From assembly GCA_937936785.1 (NCBI GenBank), contig CALDDQ010000002.1, positions 61,192 through 125,191 on the forward strand: DNA of 64,000 nucleotides. The letters are read 5' to 3'. This DNA is from an uncultured Endomicrobiia bacterium (lineage in GTDB: Bacteria; Elusimicrobiota; Endomicrobiia; DTEH01). Below the pieces are notes generated by a model. That model made no database searches. It saw nothing but the letters and a program-made list of their open reading frames with translations, and was not told where the DNA came from. A program made the translations under genes and the position numbers. Positions 1 to 10,303 of this stretch are shown here, one piece after another (the first letter of the stretch is position 1; each line of letters opens with the position of its first letter).

Positions 1-903
1 TTTGCTTTTATAATTGAACATTTAGATACTTCAATTGCAACTATTGAAGAAGTAGAAGAGTTTCTGTCACTTCCTGTTGTAGGAATAATTCCTCACATTG
101 ATGTTTTACAAAAACAACCATTCGGTTTTATTAAAGTAAAAGAATCTTTAGAAGATATGAAAAAAAAGTTGGTAATATATCATTCTCCAAAATCACCGTA
201 TGTTGAAACATACCATACATTAAGAACAAATATAAAATTTTCTCAAGAACAAACAGAAACCAAAGGTATAATATTATTTACATCCTCAGGAGTTGGAGAA
301 GGCAAGACAATGACTGCAATAAATTTTGCTTTATCATCTTCTCTTGCTGGGATAAAGACATTGTTTATAGAGTTGGATTTAAGAAGACCTTTTGTACACA
401 AAATGTTAGGGCTAAACCGTGTTCCGGGATTTACTGATTTTGTAATAGGAAGAAAAACGGTTAACGAAGTTGTGCATACAACAACAGATTTTTTATTAGG
501 TGGATTAGAAATTGACAAAGTAGTTTCAACACCTGGGTTTGAAAATTTTTCTTTTATGTCTTGTGGTAATATTCCTCCTAATCCTGTTGACATCTTATCT
601 TCTTCTGAAACAGTTAATGTTTTTAAAGAATTAAAAAAAAATTATGATTTAATTGTTATAGATACTCCTCCAGTATTATTATTTGCTGATGCACAGATAT
701 TGTCAAAAATTGTGGATACAGTTGTTATTGTTTATAGAGTTGGTAAGATTGCCCGTGGAGCATTAAAACGTGCAAAAGAACAGTTACTTAGTGTAAAAGC
801 TAATTTAATAGGACTTGTTTTAAACGATATCCGTGCAGAAGAAATGGAACCAAGATACGGATATTATTATGCATACAAATATTATAGTAGAGAGAAAAAA
901 TAA
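1..903 (+). CDS. BY-kinase (Wzc/CpsD-like) tyrosine-protein kinase, cytoplasmic ATPase domain; 5'-truncated by the window edge
   Basis: Frame 1 is open from nt 1 into the 157..903 ORF, so the true start lies upstream of the window. Walker A 'SSGVGEGKT'; Walker B-like 'LIVIDTPP'; C-terminal tyrosine cluster 'YGYYYAYKYY' typical of BY-kinases. First gene of the polysaccharide locus. Confidence 0.8.
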   Translation, partial: FAFIIEHLDTSIATIEEVEEFLSLPVVGIIPHIDVLQKQPFGFIKVKESLEDMKKKLVIYHSPKSPYVETYHTLRTNIKFSQEQTETKGIILFTSSGVGEGKTMTAINFALSSSLAGIKTLFIELDLRRPFVHKMLGLNRVPGFTDFVIGRKTVNEVVHTTTDFLLGGLEIDKVVSTPGFENFSFMSCGNIPPNPVDILSSSETVNVFKELKKNYDLIVIDTPPVLLFADAQILSKIVDTVVIVYRVGKIARGALKRAKEQLLSVKANLIGLVLNDIRAEEMEPRYGYYYAYKYYSREKK

Positions 904-941
904 TTTTTTTAAGTTAAGCTGTAATTTTGTAATTAAAATAA

Positions 942-2327
942 ATGGAGAAAAAAAATCTTTTAGTACTTACAGCAATAATTATTTTAATTACATTCTTTAT
1001 TTCTAATCTAATAGTTAATTGGGAAAGTGTATTGGTTGTTCCATTAATTTTAGCATTTCTAATTCTGTTAATTTCTATTTACAATCCTGAAATAGGGTTA
1101 ATTTTTTTGGTTTTTTCAATGTTACTTTCTCCTGAAATAAAAGTAGCAAATTTGCCAAAAAGAGAGGTTGTAATTCGTATTGATGATTTATTGATATTTG
1201 CAGTATTAGTTGGTTGGTTTATAAGGTCAGTGTTTATTAAAAAATTAATAATTTCAGTTACACCGATATTGTTGCCAATGTTTTTATACACTTTAATTCT
1301 TATTATATCTACTTTTTTAGGGATTTTAGAAGGAAGGATAATGTTTCAACGTGCTATTTTTTATATTTTAAAGTATATAGAATATTTTGTTATATATTTT
1401 TTAGTAACAAATATAGTTTATGAAAAAAAAATAATCCCAGTTTATATTGTAGCATTTATTATAACTGCTGTAATTGTTAATATACACGGAATTTCATTAA
1501 TAGGCAAGGTTGATAGAGTTTATGCACCGTTTGATACTCCACAAGCAGTTATTGGAAGTGGTGAAGTAGGTGCAGGTGAAGCAAATACATATGGTGGTTA
1601 TTTGATAATAATGATGTCTTTAGCAATTTCTTTATTTTGCTATTCTTACAATATTTCTACGAGTATTTGTTTAATAATTTTTTTTATATCATGTTTAATT
1701 CCTTTTATTTATACATTATCAAGATCATCTTATTTGACATTTTTTCCTGTAATGTTATCTATAATTTTTTTAACTGAGAAGAAAAAAAATATTTTAATAT
1801 TTATGATTTTAATAGGGATAGTATTAACGTCTACTATATTTAAACAAACAATAAAAGTAGTGACAGCAAGAATCCAGAAAACTTTTTCTGAAGAAGATAA
1901 AAATGTAGAACAAAAAGTTTTTGGAATTAGAATTACAGACCTTTCTGCTTTAACACGAGTAGAATCATTCCAGTTAATATTTAAAAAATTTTTGGTAACG
2001 AAACCTGTTTTAGGATACGGTGTTACAGGAGTTGGTTTGATGGATGCACAAATACCGTTGATAGTGGGAGAATCAGGGTTGTTAGGCCTTTTTTGTTTTT
2101 TTTGGATGATATTTGAAATATACAAACATGGATATCTTATATTCAAAAATATAGGAAATAATTATTCAAAAGTAATTTCTTTATGTGTAATTTCTTGTTT
2201 AACTGGATTGTTAGTGCAATCAATTGGAGCAAATACTTTTATAATAATACGTATAATGGAACCATTTTGGTTTTTATGTGGACTAATGATGATAATGTCA
2301 AGAATTTATGAAGAACAAAGAATATAA
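942..2327 (+). CDS. Polytopic membrane protein, O-antigen polymerase/ligase-like (Wzy/WaaL family)
   Basis: 461 aa with at least 10 hydrophobic helices and a large loop in the C-terminal half. Position beside the BY-kinase and Wzx flippase in a glycan locus. Confidence 0.5.
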   Translation: MEKKNLLVLTAIIILITFFISNLIVNWESVLVVPLILAFLILLISIYNPEIGLIFLVFSMLLSPEIKVANLPKREVVIRIDDLLIFAVLVGWFIRSVFIKKLIISVTPILLPMFLYTLILIISTFLGILEGRIMFQRAIFYILKYIEYFVIYFLVTNIVYEKKIIPVYIVAFIITAVIVNIHGISLIGKVDRVYAPFDTPQAVIGSGEVGAGEANTYGGYLIIMMSLAISLFCYSYNISTSICLIIFFISCLIPFIYTLSRSSYLTFFPVMLSIIFLTEKKKNILIFMILIGIVLTSTIFKQTIKVVTARIQKTFSEEDKNVEQKVFGIRITDLSALTRVESFQLIFKKFLVTKPVLGYGVTGVGLMDAQIPLIVGESGLLGLFCFFWMIFEIYKHGYLIFKNIGNNYSKVISLCVISCLTGLLVQSIGANTFIIIRIMEPFWFLCGLMMIMSRIYEEQRI

Positions 2328-2371
2328 TTTTTTTCAATATAAAAAATAATTTTAAAAAGAAAAATTATAAT

Positions 2372-3289
2372 ATGGTATTATATGAAAATAATCCACAAAT
2401 AAGTGTTTTAATTCCAACTTTTAACCAAACTGAAAAACTTAGAAAAACTGTTGATAAAATTGCTGGACAGACATATCCAAAAGATAAAATTGAGATTATA
2501 ATATTTAATGATGGGAATAAAGAAGATACTGTAAAAAAAATTAAGCAAATTTTAGAATATTATAAAAATTTTAATTTTTCAAAAGTAGAACTTATAAATA
2601 ACAAAGAGAATGTCGGAATTTCAGTCGCAAGAAATTTGTTAATAAAAAAAATTTCTGTTAATACAAGATATTTATTTTTTTTAGATGATGATGTTTATAT
2701 TTCAAAAGATACAATTGAAGTTTTAGAAAAATATATTTCAAAAGACAATTCTATAGGTATCATAGCACCGAGGACAGTTCTTGTTAAAAATAGAAAAACT
2801 ATTCAATCTGCAAATTTTATAAACAATTTTACTGGCAAGTATATTTCTTTAGATAGCGATGAAATTGTTGAATGTGATTTTGTAGATCCTTTGTGTATGC
2901 TAGTAAGGAGAGATATTGTAGAAAAGATTGATGGATTTAATGAAAAATATTATAGGTCGCATGAAGGAGTAGATTTTTGTCTGAGAGCAAAAAAATTAGG
3001 ATATAAAATTGTATATAATCCATATGTAGTTGTAGAACATGATATAGAATCAAATACTAACACAGGAATAAGATTGTATTATTTGTATAGAAATAAGATA
3101 TTTATTATAAAAGAGCATTTACCTTTGTTTGGTAAAATATTAGGAATTTTTATAATTATAATTTTAGGGTTGCCGTTTTATATTTTTAGTTCTGTAAAAG
3201 AAAATAAAAGGTTTTGTTATACAGAGATAAAACTAATTCTGGAAGCAATAATAGATGGTGTTATGGGTAAGAATGGAAAAAAAATATGA
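2372..3289 (+). CDS. Glycosyltransferase family 2
   Basis: N-terminal 'ISVLIPTFNQ...' GT-A signature, 'IIIFNDGN', DxD-like 'FLDDDV'. Confidence 0.75.
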   Translation: MVLYENNPQISVLIPTFNQTEKLRKTVDKIAGQTYPKDKIEIIIFNDGNKEDTVKKIKQILEYYKNFNFSKVELINNKENVGISVARNLLIKKISVNTRYLFFLDDDVYISKDTIEVLEKYISKDNSIGIIAPRTVLVKNRKTIQSANFINNFTGKYISLDSDEIVECDFVDPLCMLVRRDIVEKIDGFNEKYYRSHEGVDFCLRAKKLGYKIVYNPYVVVEHDIESNTNTGIRLYYLYRNKIFIIKEHLPLFGKILGIFIIIILGLPFYIFSSVKENKRFCYTEIKLILEAIIDGVMGKNGKKI

Positions 3290-3960
3290 ACCTAGATAAA
3301 ATAAAAAAAATTCAGGAAGAAGAATACTTTAAGCCATACCATTGGATGCTAGAAAAAAATTTAGAAAGATTATATACTTTAAGAAACGATATATTATTAG
3401 AGTTTATTGAAAATTTTGATAACAAAAAAATATTAGATTTTGGTTGTGGTGATGGTAAAGTTGCTTATGAAATTTTAAAAAATTCTAATGGAAAAGTAAA
3501 ATTATATGGAGTAGATATCTCAGAAAAGGCGATACGTTTTGCAAGATGTCTCGTGCCAGAGGCAGAATTTTTTATATTAAAAGATAAAAAATTAGATTTT
3601 CAAAATAATTTTTTTGATATAATATGTTGTATGGATGTACTTGAACATCTTTTGCCAAATGAGATATTAAGAGTTTTAAAACATGAAGGAAAATTTATTT
3701 TTTCAGTACCAACAATACTAAAAAACTTAGATAAAAAACATTTTCAACACTTTACTACAGAAAAGATAAAGAAACTGTTAGGGAATAATTATTATAATTT
3801 TAGATTCCAAGGATATTTTATTAAGTTGCCTATTATACCTATAAACATAATTGATAAAATGTATAATAAAGGTACTATTTGGAATATCTTTTCTCCATTG
3901 ATAAAAAAATGTAATTTGAAAAGAGCACTATATTTTGTTGGAATAGCTATTAAAAAATAA
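3286..3960 (+). CDS. Class I SAM-dependent methyltransferase
   Basis: Motif I 'ILDFGCGDGKV'; acidic motif 'FDIICCMDVLEHL'. Start overlaps the upstream stop by 4 nt (operon). Confidence 0.7.
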   Translation: MNLDKIKKIQEEEYFKPYHWMLEKNLERLYTLRNDILLEFIENFDNKKILDFGCGDGKVAYEILKNSNGKVKLYGVDISEKAIRFARCLVPEAEFFILKDKKLDFQNNFFDIICCMDVLEHLLPNEILRVLKHEGKFIFSVPTILKNLDKKHFQHFTTEKIKKLLGNNYYNFRFQGYFIKLPIIPINIIDKMYNKGTIWNIFSPLIKKCNLKRALYFVGIAIKK

Positions 3961-3987
3961 TTATGTAAATTTTTTTTAGAAAAGTAA

Positions 3988-5289
3988 ATGAACAAAACAA
4001 AACAGGATTTTCATTCAAATGTGGTAGTTACAGGTATTACTGAGGTATTAAATATTGTCATTCGTATTATGTTAAATATTTTTTTAGCAAGACAACTCGG
4101 TGCTCAAGGTAGAGGAGAGTATGTTTTAGCATTACTTATTCCTGGAATGTTTTTAACATTTATATACCTTGGTGTTGGAGAAGCTACAACTGCTTTATTA
4201 GGTAAAGAAAAATATCCAAAAGAAAAAATAATTGGAAATTTGAATTTTTATATTTTAATAATGTCATTATTTAGTTTTTTACTATATTATGGTTTTGGAC
4301 AATTATTATTGAAAGCTGTTAAAAATAATATTTCAGTACAATTATATAAAATTTCCTATTGTATTATTCCAATAACTTTAATGTGGGGCGGTTATGCTTC
4401 AGTGCTTTTAGGTTTATCTTCAGTAAAAGTTGTTGGATGGGGAAGAGTATTAAATAATAGTTTATTCCTTATTATGGTTTTTACATATGTATACTTTTTT
4501 AAAATAACACCTAAAATTGCTGTGTTATTTTTTTTAATTACAAGTATAGCAGAAGTTATGTATCTAATTTATTGCATTACAAAAAAATCTGTATTTAAAA
4601 TTTGTTTTGATTTGAATATTATAAAAGAACAAATAAAATTTGGTACCAGATTTTTTTTAGGTGGATTATTTAGTCAAGCAAACAGGCGCTTAGATACTTT
4701 TTTAGTAAATTTTTTTGTTGGAACTTATGGACTAGGAATTTATGGTGTTGCAGTTAATTTAACTGAGATGATTCTTAATGTTTCTAACATTTTTGGGCGA
4801 GTAATTTTTTCTTCATCGGCAGTTTCTAAAGATAAGGAAAATATTAAATTAACTACAAGTGGAATAAGACAAAATTTATTTTTTATGATAATGATATCAA
4901 TTGTGCTAGGTATTTTTTTAAAACATATAATTTTATTTTTATATTCAAAAGAATTTATTTCTGCAATAAAACCTGCATTAGTATTATTGCCAGGGATAGT
5001 AGCGTTAGGATTGAGTAATGTTATTGGATATAGTTTGACTGGATATGGAAAGCCAGAAGAGATTACAAAAGCAGCCGGTATTGCGTTTATATTTACGGTT
5101 ATATTAGATTTGGTTTTGATACCAAAATATGGTATTAATGGAGCAGCGTTAGCTTCTACATTAGCATATGGGATTAGTGCAATTTATTTATTATGGTCAT
5201 ATTCAAATTATTCAAATCAGGTATTAGTAGATATGTTATTAATAAAAAAACAAGATATAATAAATTATTTTGTTAAACATAAAAGTTAA
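3988..5289 (+). CDS. Polysaccharide flippase, Wzx/MOP superfamily
   Basis: 433 aa, about 12 predicted TM helices, MOP-type charged/aromatic loops. Located in the glycan locus. Confidence 0.65.
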   Translation: MNKTKQDFHSNVVVTGITEVLNIVIRIMLNIFLARQLGAQGRGEYVLALLIPGMFLTFIYLGVGEATTALLGKEKYPKEKIIGNLNFYILIMSLFSFLLYYGFGQLLLKAVKNNISVQLYKISYCIIPITLMWGGYASVLLGLSSVKVVGWGRVLNNSLFLIMVFTYVYFFKITPKIAVLFFLITSIAEVMYLIYCITKKSVFKICFDLNIIKEQIKFGTRFFLGGLFSQANRRLDTFLVNFFVGTYGLGIYGVAVNLTEMILNVSNIFGRVIFSSSAVSKDKENIKLTTSGIRQNLFFMIMISIVLGIFLKHIILFLYSKEFISAIKPALVLLPGIVALGLSNVIGYSLTGYGKPEEITKAAGIAFIFTVILDLVLIPKYGINGAALASTLAYGISAIYLLWSYSNYSNQVLVDMLLIKKQDIINYFVKHKS

Positions 5290-5293
5290 AGTA

Positions 5294-6265
5294 ATGAGAA
5301 TAGATATTTTTAAAAAGATAGTAAGAGAAATTTTTTCATATGGCACATATTTTAACATAGTACCTAAACCGAATTTAAGACCAAATGGTATAAGTGCAAT
5401 GGTAAAAGTTTATAATGAGGAAAGATATTTAGAAGAATCTATTGACTCAGTTATGGATTTTGTTGATGAAATTGTTGTAGTTGATAATGGTTCAATTGAC
5501 GGTTCTTGGGAAAAACTGAACAAAATAAAAGAAAAAAATTCTAAAATAAAACTGTATAAGTTTGAAAATAAAAATTTTTGGAATTTTTCTAATTATGTAA
5601 TAGAAAAAACTTCCTACAGGTGGTTATTGAAATGGGATGCAGATTTTGTAGCTATTGTAAATAAAGGTAAAAACGAACTATCTTTTTTAAAGTCATTTAT
5701 AGATACTATAGATGATAATATACATTATTATTTTAAAATTCCTTTGGTTGAACTTGTAGGAGATTTCAATCACCAATTTCCAACAATGCGAGTTCGTAAG
5801 GATGCTGAGATTTTTACTTATTCAGATAGTGCTCGTTATATACCAGTAGAAAAATTTTTTAAAACTTCTCCTTATCCTTATAAATTACCAAATGATTTTG
5901 AAATATTTCCATGTAAAATAAAAATGGAAGGACTTAAATTACCATATTATTATAGGTTAGGAGAAATACCAAGAAATATTGCTTTTCATCTTAACATAAA
6001 ACCTTCTACTCGCTATTTGATAAGATATTTTTGGCCATCTTGGGCTTCTTCAAATAAAATAGACAATAAAGAAATAAACGAGCTTGAAACGTATGTTAAA
6101 GAATGGATTACTAAAAAATGGGGATTCAAGAATTTAGAAGAAGCAGCAAAATTTTTTTGTGATGAAATGAAAAAAAGTTTGGTAGAATATGATATAAGTT
6201 TAGGAAACTTACCAGATAATATAAAAATTCTTGCAGAAAAATTTTATGTTGAAAGTAATATATGA
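5294..6265 (+). CDS. Glycosyltransferase family 2-like
   Basis: 'ISAMVKVYNEERYLEESIDSV...DEIVVVDNGSIDGS' GT-A N-terminal motif. Start placed at the ATG (5294) just after the upstream stop rather than the overlapping ORF-track start 5270. Confidence 0.5.
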   Translation: MRIDIFKKIVREIFSYGTYFNIVPKPNLRPNGISAMVKVYNEERYLEESIDSVMDFVDEIVVVDNGSIDGSWEKLNKIKEKNSKIKLYKFENKNFWNFSNYVIEKTSYRWLLKWDADFVAIVNKGKNELSFLKSFIDTIDDNIHYYFKIPLVELVGDFNHQFPTMRVRKDAEIFTYSDSARYIPVEKFFKTSPYPYKLPNDFEIFPCKIKMEGLKLPYYYRLGEIPRNIAFHLNIKPSTRYLIRYFWPSWASSNKIDNKEINELETYVKEWITKKWGFKNLEEAAKFFCDEMKKSLVEYDISLGNLPDNIKILAEKFYVESNI

Positions 6266-6301
6266 TATATAAAAAATTTTACAATAAATTGAAATAACTA
6301 A

Positions 6302-7237
6302 ATGAATAAATTAAACTTAAATCTTTCTATATCAGCAATAATTGTTACATTTAATAGAAAAAAAAGTTTAGAGAAATGTTTAGAATCTTTATTTTATCAG
6401 ACATTACCAGCTAGCCATGTAATTTTAATAGATAATGCAAGCACAGATGGTACAGAAGAAATGGTCAAAAACAGGTTTAAACAAGTGTCATATTTTAGAC
6501 TTAGCGAGAACATTGGTGGAGCGGGTGGGTTTCACGAAGGAATAAAAATTGCTGTTAAAATGGGATTTTCATGGTTTTGGCTTATAGATGATGACAGTGT
6601 TCTTGATAAAAAAGCTCTAGAAAATTTAGTGTTATCGAGTAATCTTGATAAAAATAATGTATATGGTAGCATTACAGTATCTAATGAGGAACCCAATAAA
6701 ATAGTTTTTGGAATAATTGCAAAAGAAAATGATAAAAAAAAATATATAAAATATTATTGTGAAATACCTAAAATACCTTTAATAGAAACTGTTGGTATAG
6801 GTTTTTGTGGATTTTTTATTAGTAGAAGTGTCGTTGAAAAAGTTGGATTACCTATGAAAGAACTTTTTATCTATGCGGACGATTCTGAATATTCACGTAG
6901 AATAAATTTGAAATATAAAATAAAAATGTTTTATGTTAGAGAAAGTATAATTTATCATCCTGATATAAAATTAAGACAGATAAATTTTTTATGGAAAAAA
7001 ATTTCGATAATAGATTCTCCACCATGGAAGTGTTATTATAATATAAGGAATCATCTTTATTTGTTGAAACAATATAATAATTGGTTAAAATTTTATTTTT
7101 TTATTATACCAAAACAGTTTTTTTTTCTAATAATAAGGCTCTTATTTTTAGATAAAGATCAAAAGTTAAAAAGGTTTTATTTTTACTTTTTTGGAATTTT
7201 TGATAGTTTGTTAAATCGGTTTGGAAAGAGATTTTAA
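6302..7237 (+). CDS. Glycosyltransferase family 2 (rhamnosyltransferase-like)
   Basis: 'ISAIIVTFNRKKSLEKCLESL...ILIDNASTDGT', 'WLIDDDS' DxD. Confidence 0.75.
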   Translation: MNKLNLNLSISAIIVTFNRKKSLEKCLESLFYQTLPASHVILIDNASTDGTEEMVKNRFKQVSYFRLSENIGGAGGFHEGIKIAVKMGFSWFWLIDDDSVLDKKALENLVLSSNLDKNNVYGSITVSNEEPNKIVFGIIAKENDKKKYIKYYCEIPKIPLIETVGIGFCGFFISRSVVEKVGLPMKELFIYADDSEYSRRINLKYKIKMFYVRESIIYHPDIKLRQINFLWKKISIIDSPPWKCYYNIRNHLYLLKQYNNWLKFYFFIIPKQFFFLIIRLLFLDKDQKLKRFYFYFFGIFDSLLNRFGKRF

Positions 7238-7274
7238 TTATAGGTTCAAAAAAATAAATTTATAAATTAAATTT

Positions 7275-8426
7275 ATGAGAATTTTGTATGTAATAGAAAA
7301 TATGGAATATGGTGGTGGAGAAAGATGTTTTGAATTAATTATTAAAAAAATAAATAAAGAAAAATTTAATATATATATAGCTTGTTTTAATGATGGTATT
7401 TTAGTTGAGAGAATAAAAAATATGGTCAAAGTTTTACATTTAGATCTGAGAAAAAGAATTAATATAAAGAACATTTTATATTTAAAAGATATTATTATTA
7501 ACAACAAAATAGATATAGTTCACAGTCAAGGTGCAAGAGCTGACTTTTATGCTCGTATTGCTGCTAAGATAGCACGTGTTCCTATAGTTTCTTCTGTTAC
7601 AATGCCTGTGGAGGGATTTGATGTTAGTTTTTTTAAAAAACAAGTTTATATTTTTTTTGACAGATTAACAGAAAAATTTGTTAATAAATTTTTAGTATGT
7701 TCAAAATTTTTGTTTAAACAATTAAGTGAAAAACATAAAATTCCTAGAGAAAAAATAGAATTTATACCAAACGGTGTTGATTTAAAAAATTATTTTTATA
7801 GTTCAGAAAAAAATAATCAGATAAGAAATGAATTAGGAATTGAAAATAACACAATACTGATAGGTTCTATAGGTAGATTAGTATGGCAGAAAGGTCTTGA
7901 TTATTTAATTGATGCAGTATTAGTTTTGAAAAAATCTTTAGATAAAGAAATCTTTGACAAGATAAAGTTTATAATTGTTGGCGAAGGAGAAGAAAAGGGG
8001 AGGTTAATAAAAAAAACAAAGATGTTAAATATAGATAATAAAATAATTTTTACTGGATTTAGAGAAAATATTGGTGAAATATTTGATGCATTAGATATTT
8101 TTGTTTTGTCATCAGTATTAGAAGGACAACCGTTTGTTTTACTTGAGGCTATGGCATATGGAAAACCTATTGTTGCAACTAATATTAGTGGTGTGAACGA
8201 AACTGTTTTTAATAATGAAACATCTATTATGGTGAAACCATATGATGCAAAATCGCTCGCCAAAGGAATTGAAGTTTTATTAAAGAATAAACAAAAGGCT
8301 GTATCTTTAGGTGATAAAGCTAAAAAATATGTTCAAAAATTTTATGATTTTAATGTGTTAATAAAACAGTATGAAAATGTTTATGAGAAACTTTATATGC
8401 TAAACAAAAAAGTTTTGGAGAAATAA
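7275..8426 (+). CDS. Glycosyltransferase family 4 (GT-B)
   Basis: C-terminal 'EGQPFVLLEAMAYGKPIVATNISG' (EX7E-type motif). Confidence 0.8.
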   Translation: MRILYVIENMEYGGGERCFELIIKKINKEKFNIYIACFNDGILVERIKNMVKVLHLDLRKRINIKNILYLKDIIINNKIDIVHSQGARADFYARIAAKIARVPIVSSVTMPVEGFDVSFFKKQVYIFFDRLTEKFVNKFLVCSKFLFKQLSEKHKIPREKIEFIPNGVDLKNYFYSSEKNNQIRNELGIENNTILIGSIGRLVWQKGLDYLIDAVLVLKKSLDKEIFDKIKFIIVGEGEEKGRLIKKTKMLNIDNKIIFTGFRENIGEIFDALDIFVLSSVLEGQPFVLLEAMAYGKPIVATNISGVNETVFNNETSIMVKPYDAKSLAKGIEVLLKNKQKAVSLGDKAKKYVQKFYDFNVLIKQYENVYEKLYMLNKKVLEK

Positions 8427-10301
8427 ATGTGTGGAATATGTGGATTTGCAAATATAAATGACAAAGATTTGTTGATTAAAATGACACACACAATAAAACA
8501 TCGTGGACCAGATTCTGAGGGAATATATTTTGATGGAAATGTAGGGTTAGGAATTCGCAGGTTAAAAATTATTGATCTTGAAACAGGAGACCAACCAATT
8601 CATAATGAAGATAAAACAGTTTGGCTGGTATATAATGGTGAGATTTATAATTTCCAAAAACTTAGGACTGCTTTAGAACAAAAAGGGCACAAGTTTTATT
8701 CTCATTCAGACACAGAAGTTATTGTTCATATGTATGAAGAATATGGAAAAGATTTTGTTAAACAATTGCGTGGAATGTTCGGGTTTGCGTTATGGGATAA
8801 TAAAAAAAAACAACTTTTTATAGTTCGTGATCATATTGGGATAAAACCTATATATTACTCTATTGATAGTAGCAGATTAATTTTTGGATCAGAATTAAAA
8901 ACTTTACTTTGTTATAAAAACATAAGTAGAGAAATAAATTATAATGCAATAGATACATATTTATCTTATCTTTACATCCCTTCACCAATAACAATTTATA
9001 AGAGTATAAATAAATTATTACCTGGACACCTTTTGTTGTGGCAAGATGGTGAAATAAAAATTGAAAAATATTGGGATTTGGATAATTACAAAATTGAAAC
9101 TGAGATTGATGAAAAAAAGTGTATAGAACAATTAGATGTTTTGTTAAAAGATACAATAAAAAATTATTTAGTGAGCGATGTTTCATTAGGAGTATTTCTT
9201 TCTGGAGGACTTGATTCTTCAAGCATTGTTGCTTTAGTTAGTGAAATAACAAACAAACCGGTTAAAACATTTAATATAAGTTATGGAAAAAAATATATAG
9301 AATTTAATGAGACAGAAAAAGCACGATCTGTGGTAAGAAAATTTGGTTGTGAACATTATGAAGAAATATTAGAACCAAAATTAAAAGATTTTTTGCCAAC
9401 TATAGTTAACCATTTTGATGAACCGTTTGCAGATTCTTCTGCCATACCGAATTATTTGATTTCAAAAGTTGCAAGAAAAAATGTCAAAGTTGCGTTAACA
9501 GGTGTCGGAGGTGATGAAATTTTTGTTGGGTATCCAAGATATTTTGGAGCATATTTATATAATTTATATACAAAAATACCGTATTTTTTGCGATATGCGA
9601 TTTCTAAATTTTCATATTTTTTTCCGCAAACAGGATCAAGTCGAGATTGGAGTGGAAGAATAAAAAGATTCTTAAAAAATGGGACTTTAGATTTATCTGT
9701 TGCTTACAAACTTTGGATGACAAGTATAAACTATGAACTGAAAAATAAGTTGTATTCAAAAGATATGATTTCAAATATTGGAGATAATGGTGTATCTGAA
9801 GATGAAATAAGCAAATATTTTAATTTATTAAAAAATGGTTCTGTGGAAAAAATTTTTTATATAGATTTAAAAACATATTTAGTAGACGATTTGTTGTGTT
9901 TAGCTGATAGAATGAGTATGGCAAATTCGTTAGAATTAAGAGTTCCTTTTTGTGATATTAATTTGATAGAGTTTTTGTCAAAGATACCGTTTAAGTTAAA
10001 AATAAAAAATAATAATATGAAATATTTATTAAAAAAAGTAATGAAAAATGTTTTACCAGATGAGATACTTAATCAAAAAAAAATGGGTTTTATGATACCA
10101 TTAAAACACTGGTTGAAAGAAGAAACTGTAGATTTGTTAAGAGAATATTTTAATGATTCTGTAATAAACAAAAGAAAAATATTTAATAATAAAGTAATAA
10201 GTTGGATGATAGAACAACATATTAATGGAAAATATAATTTTTCAGATCAAATTTGGTCAATGATAGTTCTGGAAGAATGGTTTCGTAATTTTGTTGAATA
10301 A
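8427..10301 (+). CDS. asnB: Asparagine synthetase B-like glutamine amidotransferase (sugar-amidating type, as found in O-antigen loci)
   Basis: N-terminal 'MCGICGF' Ntn Cys nucleophile; PP-loop 'SGGLDSS'; 624 aa. Embedded in the glycan locus. Confidence 0.85.
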   Translation: MCGICGFANINDKDLLIKMTHTIKHRGPDSEGIYFDGNVGLGIRRLKIIDLETGDQPIHNEDKTVWLVYNGEIYNFQKLRTALEQKGHKFYSHSDTEVIVHMYEEYGKDFVKQLRGMFGFALWDNKKKQLFIVRDHIGIKPIYYSIDSSRLIFGSELKTLLCYKNISREINYNAIDTYLSYLYIPSPITIYKSINKLLPGHLLLWQDGEIKIEKYWDLDNYKIETEIDEKKCIEQLDVLLKDTIKNYLVSDVSLGVFLSGGLDSSSIVALVSEITNKPVKTFNISYGKKYIEFNETEKARSVVRKFGCEHYEEILEPKLKDFLPTIVNHFDEPFADSSAIPNYLISKVARKNVKVALTGVGGDEIFVGYPRYFGAYLYNLYTKIPYFLRYAISKFSYFFPQTGSSRDWSGRIKRFLKNGTLDLSVAYKLWMTSINYELKNKLYSKDMISNIGDNGVSEDEISKYFNLLKNGSVEKIFYIDLKTYLVDDLLCLADRMSMANSLELRVPFCDINLIEFLSKIPFKLKIKNNNMKYLLKKVMKNVLPDEILNQKKMGFMIPLKHWLKEETVDLLREYFNDSVINKRKIFNNKVISWMIEQHINGKYNFSDQIWSMIVLEEWFRNFVE

Positions 10302-10303
10302 AA

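Noticed and set aside
243-593. Minus-strand ORFs in the six-frame track throughout the window (for example 243..593, 1730..2146, 7901..8263, 8860..9222, 25128..25466, 26887..27264, 52667..52993 and about 40 others)
   Set aside because: Every one lies entirely inside a well-supported + strand gene with recognisable motifs. The AT-rich, stop-poor antisense frames produce long shadow ORFs. None shows a recognisable motif.
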